In this document: positions 1 through 14,082 of the stretch, in pieces | Layout of the letters: each line of letters opens with the position of its first letter | Numbering within the stretch: the first letter of the stretch is position 1 | Translations under genes and position numbers: made by a program | Assembly (NCBI GenBank): GCA_020536535.1 | Contig: JAHLWZ010000816.1 | Location: 1 to 64,000, forward strand | Reading direction: 5' to 3' | DNA: 64,000 nucleotides | From: Pelomyxa schiedti | Lineage: Eukaryota; Protista; Evosea | Notes under the pieces: generated by a model | The model's database searches: none | Told to the model about the DNA's origin: nothing | Seen by the model: only the letters and a program-made list of their open reading frames with translations

Positions 1-470
1 CACCGTCGTAGCCGCGGCCACCACGACCGCCACTCCGACCTCGTCCCGATTCCTTTGGGCACTCCCCTGCCTGCCGCCCTCCTTCTGCCTCCATCTCGTT
101 GTTCTCCTCGTCCCCATTCCCGTTCTCCATTGTCATTCTCCTCCTGCATTTCTCCTTCGCGTTCCTTGTGCTCATTTTCTCCTTCCTTCACCACCTCAGG
201 GTCATGGTGCACCATCACCATTCTCCTCGTTGTTAACGGTGGTCTGACAGCCCTTTGGGTGGATAGAGTGGTGAGCCAAAAAAAAGTAACACCACAACAC
301 TCCAAAAAAAAACTACATACCTCCCAGGGAGGGCAAACCTACTGCTTGACTGCCACCACACATTCATTCCTCTTCTCCTTTGTGCTCGCTTGTTTTCGGT
401 TCCCTGTCCCGACATGCTCGAAAATGCCTCCGGCAACTCCCTTCCCTGCTCCTTTTATAATTCACACTTA

Positions 471-1182
471 GAACACCAGCAACAAAACACAAAGAGCATA
501 CATAATCTAACATCCAGTGCAGGTTTGCCTTTTCACATCTGATGTTTGAAGTGCTCACTGAGTCCTATCCCTGGGGAAACCTCTCTAAAGAAGAATGGCA
601 CGCCAAGGTGCTCAAGGGGAACCCGCTAGAAATCCCTGCACGCATACGGTGTCCGCATTGCATGGGGGCCCCTTTTGAGGCCGTTCCCGACAGAGTGGTG
701 AGTGAATAAAAATTTGTCCAGTTGTGATGTCACTCAGAGAAACGACGTGAAGCTATGCTCGGCCCAGCTCCCAGCGGAAGTTTGTTTTTTATTGCTACTC
801 CTTTTCCTTTTCCTTTTCCTTCTTCCCCTTCCTCCTCTTTCTCTTTTTTACCAGAGACGAACTATGAGTGCTATGATACGTGGACTGTGGAACATTGTTT
901 CCAAACTGAGTGAGTGAAGCAAAACTACTGGCCTGACAGCCAGGCAGGTAATTCCTCGCTCATTCTCGGAGACCCATCAAAACTAACGGTAACCAAACAC
1001 CACCAAAGGCTTTCCAGCAAACAGCCACTCGCACTTATGAGGATGTGCATGCAGACTGGAAGAATAAGACTGGATACAAGGGTAACACCGCATAGCCCAC
1101 ACAGAACAAAATCTTTTCCCGAACTTAGGGAAATTGCAGAGCAAACGACTGTTGAGGAGGTTGTCATCGCGAATGACGTGGT
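471..1182 (+). CDS. C-terminal exons of a protein kinase-like (possibly pseudokinase) gene; 5' part not resolved
   Basis: Spliced peptides FAFSHLMFEVLTESYPWGNLSKEEWHAKVLKGNPLEIP / NDVKLCSAQLPAE / RRTMSAMIRGLW resemble kinase subdomains IX-XI; GT-AG boundaries lie between them. Ends uncertain. Confidence 0.4.
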
Positions 1183-1418
1183 AGTGCGTGGGCGCCACAG
1201 TTCCTGTTGAAAAAGTTCAAGAGTGAAATGCCACTCCATCAGAGAACCCGCTATTTTTAATTACGCATCCGTGCGGGCGTGCCTCAGAGGCTGGAAAGAC
1301 CACGAAACGGTCCAGACATTTCGGAGTGACTCGCTGCACTTTCTGAAAGAATCCGAATGATTCTGAAATGGCAGCGACAGTAATGAAACTTTCTTTATCA
1401 CGCTTTTTTTTAACAGGT

Positions 1419-3936
1419 TCACGATGCTCCAGTGTGTTGTGGGTTATGAAGGCTTTTGGGTGCTGGGGCTGGGAGAGTGGTTATGACGGATACTGGTGGG
1501 TTTTCCAGTGGCATTTGATACAGGTGGATGGCGAGGTTGGCAACTCTGTGCATCTTGTCGGACAAGTACTTGCGCATCACGGCGCCATGAGAAGTGCGAG
1601 AAGCCAGGGCCCTTGTAATCTCCGCTATCTTGTTCACGCAGTCTGTCAGATCACACTCTCTGTAAGACGTATAGTGTGCGAGGGCAGGGGTCTGGAAAGG
1701 GTGAGAAAAGTCTCGAACTCGTTGTTCCGAAACGCACTGACCCAGAAGGGCAAGCGGCAGCACAGGAATCTTGACAGCCAAACTGCAGCCGCTGCTGTCT
1801 TAGAGGGGCCGAACTGAAGGGCCGAGTAATCAGCCATCGCCACTTCTGACAACCACTTGGAAACAATGTGAGCCTCGGGACTGGCTTGTGCAGCACGAGA
1901 GAACCGGCGCAGAAACAACAAGGTCGTGGGAGATGTTAGTGAGTATTTTATGCCGTGCAGAACTTCACGCTCGAACTGGGAAGTTTTAGTGGTTACAACA
2001 CATACAGTCGAAAACCTTTTGTAAGTCCTCCACTTTGAAAACGCTTTCACTGGCATATTTCTGTGAGTTTCTGGCTCATAATGCATATGAGAGTCTACCT
2101 TATCTTCACTAAATCTCCGGCCTCGAGGGCATACACTTCCTCGTACTTAGATGCTATAAACAAAGCAGTGGCACCAAGCAGCTGCAACTTGGCTCTGCTC
2201 AAAGGTGAGTCTCGAGGTAGGTAAGTTCATAGCATTTCACTTCACCTCTGAATCTCATGTGACATCAAGTACTTATCCACGACCATTACAGCGACATACA
2301 AGGTATCAAGCAAGAGTCTGAACTGGTGGTGTACCTCAACCTGTGAACATAAAGACTCATTGAACAGAGATAAGGGTGCATGAAGGTACCATCCAGTCCA
2401 CCAAAATGTTTCTCATATTTGGAGTGACGAATCTCTGCCTTGTCATGTAGGTGTAGTCAATTCGATCTTCAATCTAAAATTCACTAAACCGTGGTGTTTG
2501 AGAAGGGAATTGTACTTACTTCTTTCACAAGGCAATAAGCAAAAATATCTCGCGCGTACTCTGGACAGAACATAGGGTCATCCACATCTTTATCGATATC
2601 GTCGTCATCTCCCTGAGAATTTGGTACAACAGCCACAGTGGTCACTGAAGTTGTTGAAGCTGTAAGTGCAATCGTCTGCCCTGCTGCCTCTGTATTGTCC
2701 TTGATGTAGTTCCCTTCACAGTGGAGTGTTGCTTCCTTCAAGTCCGAAATAGGTGGCGGTACAGTGCCAATCACCTGGCCCATGGGTGGAACTTTTTTCT
2801 CAGTTGTCTTCAAAGAAGCTGCTTGCATTTGTTGTTCCAGCTGGACAACTTGCTCTTGGGGAACTCTCACTTCTGGATGGGATGGAAGCTGATTGGCAGT
2901 GTTGTCTTTCTGAGTTGGTTTCACCTCTTCACCTTGGGGTTGGACTTGTACTTGAAGCGGCTTACTTCTAACAAGAGTTGCGGGGTTGACCTGTGGCGGC
3001 ACAATGACGTCACTGTTGTGGTTGTTGGCATGCAGTCCTTTGTCATGGTGGTCCTGGGCAATAGGTTTTATTGGAGGGCAAGTAAGAAGTTTAGGAATGT
3101 GCGCTCTGGTAATTGGGGGAACATTTTGTCTGTTGCGTGGAATGTGTGGTTTGTTCGGCTGGATTTGCGAAGCTGTGTTCTGGCTATTTGTGGGCCACAG
3201 CCAATGACGTGGAGGCACTATACGCTGCGGAGGTGGCATGGCACAGACCTGCTTTGGAGGCGGGGGCATCAATACAACAGACATGCCAGTGCAAGTCAGC
3301 AATTTCTTCCTTCCACCATTGTTTTTGCCATCGATCCTTGTAGGTATGTTCGAAACGTCAACTCTCTGTTTGAAGAGTCAATGGCATAAAGAGGTTCAAA
3401 AACTCATACAGCTTTCTTGGCAGGGTGCGCAACCAACGGGCATAAGCCACCGCCCACGGATGGAGCAGTAGTAGTACCAGAATTAACCTCCGACGACTCC
3501 GATGACGCTGAATTTTTGTCCTTCGCTAACACGGCCCCGTCGCCACCTGTGGTCGCTCCTACAATGTAGATCTTGCTGTTGCTGTTGCTACTGCTGGAGG
3601 TGACTAATGCCGGGCATTGCCGATCGCGACGCTGAAGTCCGTTTTGCTGGATCTCGCCCAATACGCTCCTGGGCCTCTTAGTGCCCGCCGTTGTCTCAGA
3701 TTCGTTGTTGCTGGCAATGCCGGAACTTGTGCCATTAACGACCTTGGTGCAACCCTGTTATTTTTGAGATTCAATCGGATCAACGAGAAACAACAGAACA
3801 ACAAAAAACAGCACTCCCCTGCGCGCCTGTCACCCGTAATGCATACTATCCCACAATGAAGTTGGCGGATTACCTGTAAGGCTGCTTGGTCTGGCACGGC
3901 ATTCTCATCGTTCCCATGAGCCTGAACTGTTGTCAT
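1419..3936 (-). CDS. Mitotic cyclin (B-type likely), multi-exon
   Basis: Cyclin box [24 protein letters not shown]...[18 protein letters not shown]; N-terminal destruction box [10 protein letters not shown] (~3640-3669); [14 protein letters not shown] motif. Confidence 0.9.
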
Positions 3937-4129
3937 TGGTACCAACTACGATGATGCAGAGACCAGGATGATGCCCTCGTTTGTTTTGTTGTGTTCTTTC
4001 CCGGCTATTATGTGCCGTGCCTTTTTAAAGGCGCAAAAAGCGAAAATAGGAAAGGGCGGGATTTTTTAAACTGTAAAATCTATTGGGTGGGTGTAGGTGC
4101 CTGACCTTGGGACTGACACTTACCATTTT

Positions 4130-6813
4130 TCAATTAGACATGGGAGGAATAACTCTGTGTGGCACCACCTCTACAGTGTCCACACTGCATGTGATTTCTA
4201 CAAAGTCATTATCTGGTGTCACAACTGGTGAGAGTGATGATGCTGCAGTCTGGGAATGGCGACCTCTGTGGTGGTTGATGCTGCTGTAGTAGTCATGGTT
4301 GTTGTGGTTGTTCGGAGTGTTGGAGGGTGCGGCGGTCTTCTTGGAAGAAGAAGTGTTGAGTGCGGACTGCGGCAGAATTAGGGCGAAAACTGGGTTGTCG
4401 GGTGATAGTGTGCACGAGGGATACGGCGGGTCGAGCCTCACAACGTCGTTGCACACGAGGTAGGTCATGTTCTTTGGCTGCCATGTAGTCTCAGTGGAGG
4501 GTCCATCCTAATTGTTGGGTAGTGTTAGGTCCGGAGAGGAAAGCTCGAGGACAGCAGCGCACCTCGTTTTCTTCAGACATGTGATCAGCGTCTGCAATTG
4601 CGTAAGAACCTCTTGGTTTTGGCGCCACTGAAGAGCCATATGAAACGGGTGGCGAAGGTTTATCTACAAACGGTACAGCATCATCAAACTTTCTGTACTC
4701 CGCTAAGGCAGCTAAATCGTCCTCTTCCTAAGTACAAAGTGACAATGAAAACATAAAATTAGGTAGCACTACCTGATCTTCCAGAAGTAGTCTTCTTCCA
4801 TTCTGTGGTTGCACCTTACTTTCCTTGGTATTCATCACATCTCTTCATCTGTGACTGACGAAAAAAAGGGTAATGGAAGTACGCTTTAGGGTAAGTCTCC
4901 TGTGGTTCATAGGCAACAACAAGATTGTTTTGATCGCCATTCTCCCCAATGGACCGGTATTGAGAGTTCATCAATAATCCAAAAGTGAATAAAACTATCT
5001 GTGAAAGGTTAATCCCGAGCATACTGGTACTGGTACTTTACCATCAAGCAAACACCGGCAGCTCTGAGATTCTTTGATGCTACTACTTGATTTTCTGCAT
5101 TGTGTGTCATTGCTGCTGAACTTGCAACCCGAGCACCGTCAGATGCCCCAACAATCTCAGACGTGGCAGCTGTTGTGATGCCCGCTTCCCCGACACTTAG
5201 CCCTGAATTTTGTTGGAACTGTGTAAGTGCTGCTCGGAGATTGGTGTTATCAAGTCTTTAACAGGTGATGAGTGAGAAGACAAAATCATCAGTGTACCTT
5301 AGAGCTTCTAGTTCTTTTTTAAGAGTTTCAGCTTCTTTTTTTAATAAAATATTTTCTGAGCCAAGGTTTGCAATGATTGCTAGTGATGGAAATAAGTAAG
5401 TGTGGCTGAATAAAAAGCCCAACCTTCCAAGTTTTTAACTTGTTCCCGCTTTCTTTGGCGCGAAAGCTGCGCTGATTCTCTGTTCTTGACAAGACTAATG
5501 GGAAACTTATTATTAAGCTTGTGGTTCCTAGGTGATAACCGTTTTTGGCGTTTAAGTTCATTCTGTTCCTCGGCGGAAAGTTGTCTTGCCTCCTACAAAG
5601 CACTTGAGTATTGTAGTTATATGTTGGAAAGATGGGAACCTGAATTTGCTTGGAAAATAGAAGTAGATCTTGCGAAGAGATAGTAAGGAGTACATCTCTT
5701 GGTAGTTGTACGCTTGCCGGTGTTGACGGAGAGGAACTCGAAGTAGAACATGGGGGTGGTGTTAGAGGCGCCATACAGGGGGTTGTGGCTGATGTCCCAA
5801 TGAAAACTGGTTGACTGGCTGCTGCACTCTCAGGAGTTTTCAGAGAGACTGCATCTCATTTTGAGGGAAAACCAGTAACATTACATACTCACCCTTTCTC
5901 TTTTTCGGAGTTACTTTCTTCTCAGGAACATCAAGCACTCCAATATGAGAGGATTGTGAGGGACTGAGAGGAGTGGATAGATGTTGTACAGAGGTGAAAG
6001 TGGAAGGAGAACTCGGAGCAGAAACTTGGGGATAAGGAACAGACATGATTTGTTGTGGAAAAAACGAACCAGATTCCGAATAGAATCCGCTATAACTATT
6101 AACAAAGTCTGTGCTGTCTCCACTGAAGCACAACTGGCGCTTGTAAGAAAAACAAGGATGACTTTGTCACACAAAGCGAACCTGGTTGAGGAACGTAGGT
6201 TGAAGGGGATCATTTATCATCACGGAAGCCGGGCTCGCAAGTGACTGCACAAGTGGTGGTGGGGGAGTCAAAGCCTGCGACTGCTGGTGGAGAAGTGGTG
6301 GTGATGGTGACTGCACTGGGGAGGAAAAAGATGAACAGGACGAAGTAGACATCATGCTCGGTGATGACTGTGGGGAACAGGAGCCTGATCCACTCCCATA
6401 CATTGGGGCATGCTTTGAGGCCTATTGATTTGGTTGTTTGTAGTTGGCAGCATGAGTATTAACGACGAGTATATATGGATAGAGGTGGGGAAAAAAAAAA
6501 AAAAAGTCACATGCTGGCCCGTCGCGGGCAACGGCGGTGTGGCCTGTGGAATGTAGTCAAACGAGAATCGAGGGTCCGGACACGGCAACGGAGCGCATTG
6601 ATCCAAACACGCACCGTCATACGGGTAGAGAATATCCGCAGGAACCTCAAGCCCCGCTGTTTGAGTTAGTTGTGGGATAAGGGAAAAAAAAAAAAAAAAG
6701 AAAAGGAAAAAGTAGCTGGTAACAACCAAATAATAGCAATAAAATCACAACGGGCCGACACGAAAACCCCGTACAAAAACGCAAAGAAACGTACCGAATA
6801 CGTCACGGTCCAT
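4130..6813 (-). CDS. Membrane-tethered bZIP transcription factor, ATF6-like
   Basis: Spliced basic region ELKRQKR-LVKNRESAQLSRQRKREQVKNLE plus zipper; TM segment AAGVCLMIVLFTFGLLMN; luminal GRRLLL; C-terminal FALILP...FVEITCSV. Confidence 0.8.
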
Positions 6814-7354
6814 CTACGCACCGCTTGTACCACTACGAAACTCGCTACCTTGTGATGTTTTAATTAATTGACCGGATGATTTCGGCTAATCCTCTGCCAT
6901 CTGTGATGTCTTAGGGTTCATCAGATTTTGAGCTGGCTCTGGCCGTTACGCTGAGTGTGTTTATCTCTCCAACACTGTTTGTTCCCTGGTGTTTTCTCCC
7001 GCTCCGGTCAGTGAGTCTGTTTGTTTACATCAGAATGTTTTCTCGTTTGCAGATATTCAGGATCAAAAAAAAGGCGTATCTACGGAAAGTACGAACCAAA
7101 ACGCTTCGTTCGGGCACAACAAAAAAAAACCCCCGAAAGAACTCAACCCAATTCGGGTGTCCTTTGGCCTCCAAACTCCTGAGGGTCTTTAATTTTTGCG
7201 CTCCGTGAACGGGCCACATGGTACATTGAATGTTTTTTTTTCCCCCAACAACCAAATCAAACTCCTATGTGGAGAATGTATCATGCTATTGCAATTAATA
7301 ACACCTTTCTTTTCCCCCTTATATTGGCAGTCATCCTCGGCACGTGTTGTGGCT

Positions 7355-10195
<2,841 letters not shown>

Positions 10196-10352
10196 TTATT
10201 TCACCAGAAACAAGTTCGGTTTTTCAAAACTTTCTTTTAACAACTGCCAAGGGTTTTACCCCTCTTTTTTTTTTCCTACACAACAAAAAGGTTACTATGT
10301 CCACGGTGGTCACTCACTAGTGCTACAAAATAAATACCTCTTCAAGCAATCC

Positions 10353-13300
10353 TTAGTAGATACACCTTCGGAAAATTGAGCTCCCGTTCTCAAGGAACTC
10401 GCTCCTCCTGACTACATATTTGCAAAATCCAGCTGCACTGGATATGCTTGACGCACCTTTGGGGAAAGGTCAAAAAAGAAACAGTCTACAGCGCGGTAAA
10501 GTGCACACCTATCCAGACGAGGTCGCCTCTGATTTCCTGTGCCTGGACATTTATGGGGTTCGTTGAAGAGAGTGTCAGCCTAGAAGCCAATTCTGTGCGA
10601 AGCCGTTCTATATGATAGTTGAGACTTCACTTCATAATGAAGGGTTGATACCTGGAAAGCCTGCAAGATGGGTGGCTCCTCCAGAGAGAACGATATTGTT
10701 GAGAAGTTGAGGTTCTTAAGAGCTCAGTCAGGTTTCAGGAGAAGAATGTTGCAGTACATACTTTGAGTTGGATCACAGGATGATACAATTTCGGCAATGT
10801 AGCCACACAGAGTGGAGAAAAATGTCTCTGTAAACGATGTGTGCAGGTCTCCCAGTTGGAACGGGGATCCGTCCGGAAGAGTAAAGCAAGCTGGCGTTGT
10901 AGGGTTGTGAGGGCTCAGGGAAAAGAATTTCTCCCTGGCGCTGTTGAAAAGCATAAAATTTTCATATGTCTCCGGGAACGTCTTGTTTGTTGCCTCTGAC
11001 ACTTTTGTAATCAAGTACTTGGTGAGATCCCAGCCTCCAAAATCCCAATGAAGAGACTTGTCAGGAAGAGGTTCTGAGTGACTATCACATAAAGAAAAAA
11101 AAGGTAAGGAATGTAACCGTCAATAGCAGTCAGTACATTAATGTTGCCGTGCCCCATCTCCAAAACCAACCCCGAGTGTGTTCCCACAGCCCACAAAGGG
11201 AGTAACTGCTGTTTCAAATAAGTGGCTGATGATATTGGAAACTCTTCGAAGACACTCTCAATACACCAACTGTCCCTTGTGTCGACTTCAATATGAGGTG
11301 GAACAGTAATCACTACCCCCGTATGTTCAAAGTCGACGTGTTCTTTCCGAGCCATTTCATGGAGGCAGTAAGACCATACGGCAGGGTAATTCGGTGCATT
11401 TTCTCTGTTAGGCCGGAAAAAAGGTGTCCCATAAAGGTCCGAGGGTGAGCTGGTACCTAGAAGAGGAAAAAGTTGAAGTTAGTGTCGAAGAAAAAAGTGA
11501 AAAATACAAACATGGATTGGGCATTGACCAAAATTTGAGTGACGGGAAATCATGGCCATTGAACCCTACACGAGTTGTGCTTGACCCATAATCAATCACG
11601 ATGAACCTCTCTTCCATGTATTCAAGGCTATGATCCACACTGGCACTCAAGGCACGGTTCCCACTACCTAGATTACCAAGAGAAAACGAGGCAGAAACTG
11701 GTAGGGAACGTCTGCGGTTTACAACAGAGGCTCTGAGCACAGTACTGGGAGATACTTTGGCACCAAGAATCGACATTTTAGCAAGTTGTGAGAGCGGCTT
11801 ATCTTGAACCGAAGGAGGAGAAAAAGGGATCTTGGGGCTTTGTGGGGTGTAGTCTGTACCGATTTGTTCACCGCTGGGAGGTTGTGGCTGTGATGCCGGC
11901 TTACTTGTTGGGCTTGGTGTAATTTGGGGCAGACGGAATTTAGGTGGAGGAGTTGGCGGTACTGGTGACTGGGGTTTGTTTTGGGGAGAAATCGGATTAC
12001 AAACATTAGGATTATGATATATGACGGCGGGAATTGGTTGAGCACGAAATGGGGGTTGATACTGTGTTGGTGGTTGTGGTTGCAGTGAAGGTGGAAATTG
12101 CCTTAGATTAATCTGGGGTTGAATTCGAGAGTGGGTAAAGGGCGGCGTATAAAGTGCCGGAGGTGAAAGTTGTGGCCCTGAGCCGGGATTTTGTGGCGGT
12201 ATTGGGACTGGGATTGGGGGTGGGGGTAACATTTGGGCATTTGTTGGGGAGATAGGTGGCCAATAATAGGATGGGGGTGATACTCGTGCCTGATATGGTG
12301 ATGTGACGGGAGGTTGTGGCTGATAGAAACTTCTCGGTTCATTGGGAGGTGGGCCATATAATTGTGGTGAAAAGGTGGGAGGAGGGTTTGCCGGCAGTGG
12401 AAGTCGTGCTTGTTTTGGGGGCTGCAACGGTATTGGTGGTTGTAAGGGAGGGTGTGGTAAGTCAGCCCAGTGTTGGTGTGGCAATGCCAGTGTTGGTTTT
12501 GGGGGACATGGTAAATCCGGCCACTCTTTTGGTGTTGCTGGAGTTACATCAGCAATGACAGGTGGGAATAAATTCAAAGGAGACAGAGTGCTTGTGGAAG
12601 TACTTCGTTTGGGCGGTGCCTTGGGACTACTTAAGTCAGGTGATCGGCTGGAATCAGAAAGTGTCTGGATTTTCGGACTACCGTCTGAAGCTTTTCCAGA
12701 ATATTGTGCATTCAATTGCGATTTCGGAGTTGGGGAGGAAGTCGCATTTGGGTGTGTCTCCAATACTGGATTTGATAGAGACGGGCTTTTTTGTCTTGCC
12801 TCTTCCAGAGACCTCACCTGCTCCCGTTTATTTTCTCGTTCAACGTCTTCTGGATCTACATATGCCTTGTTGTAAACACTGAAATCCAATCGTCGGGGAT
12901 GCTCCTGAGTCTCAACAGGAATTTCCTTGACCACCTCTGTTCTGACGTTTTCTTGTGACTTTTTATCGTGAAGGCGGTGTTTACTGTCAGAATGTAAACT
13001 CTGGTTGTCTAATGCGTTCCATGTGACCTTGGCAGCTGGCGCTATTTCGGGTGGATTTTCTGAAGGTACTTTTTCCGTTGATGGGTGAATTTGAGGAGGA
13101 GGCTCCACTTCGTTGCCATACTAGAAAATGTTATAGACGATGAGAGGGAAAAAACAGAAAATTGCGAATAACTTACTTGCATTGCAAGAAGGAGCTCTTT
13201 TTATTTTGCAATGAGATTAATCCAAAAATGAAAGTAAGTAGCATACCATATGCACGATCTCGGGAGTACTCTACACCGGTAAGTACTGCTTTGATAATTT

Positions 13301-13739
13301 CCGACTCCATAGATGGAAACTCTTCCGAAAGTGAAGAGAACACTGTGTCGTTCTGCTGCTGGGCCAACTGAGCCCTCATGTTTCTCAGTTCCCGCTCCTG
13401 TGCGGCTACCCTCTGCTGGAGGGCTTCTTTCTCGGACTCTGCTATTGCCAACAGTAGCTCTTTTTCTTCTTGTTCCTTTTGAGATTGGATCCGATTCATC
13501 AGGTCCTGGAACGATATGACGGAATCCAACAGGCGAGACGCCGACACAGACGGCGTAGCTGCAGCGGAAGTGCCCTGCTTCGCGCGCGACGAGTCCGTAG
13601 ATCCGCTCAAGGAGCCGTCGCGATCTGACGTAGTGGAACTGGAAAGAGATCCCTGAGGCATTTCCGGAGGATCGTCACCGCCCGTCGTTTCCGCCTTGTC
13701 CCTGTCAGTTGTCGGTGGTGCCGCCGGTCTGTTACTCAT
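10353..13739 (-). CDS. Divergent actin-fold protein with N-terminal UIM-like, CUE-like and long proline-rich regions
   Basis: EEKELLLAIAESEKE (UIM-like); LSEEFPSMESEIIKAVL (CUE-like); Pro/Gln-rich linker; IVIDYGSSTTRVGF, GLVLEMGHG, IVLSGGAT and C-terminal SEFLENGSSIFRRCIY match the actin/ARP fold. Confidence 0.8.
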
Positions 13740-14082
13740 TTCGAAATTTTTTTTTTTTGCTACTGCTTTTGTTTTGCGAGGTACCTTCATTCTGCGAACG
13801 GAATCAAAACAAATTGGATCGTTACTTCGACAACTTGGTCACCTGCAAGTGCCAAAGCACTTTTACTGTCCCATAGGCGTGTTTCAATAATAAGCCAGGA
13901 TTATTCTGGAAGAGCTGCTGCCTTATGTAAGGTGGTGCACCCCTGCTTGCTGTTTCTCTTTCCTCTTTTGTGAAAATGAGGGCAACAGACACTCACAAAA
14001 TGAGGGAATAGAACGGGGGTGTAAAAGTCAACAGAAACATCCGGTTTGGATGAATTCTTAGTTCCTTTTTTCCTTTCAAAGT

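Noticed and set aside
1-260. Possible minus-strand gene running off the left edge (Glu/Gly/Arg-rich)
   Set aside because: Low complexity and open in several frames on both strands; cannot be assigned.
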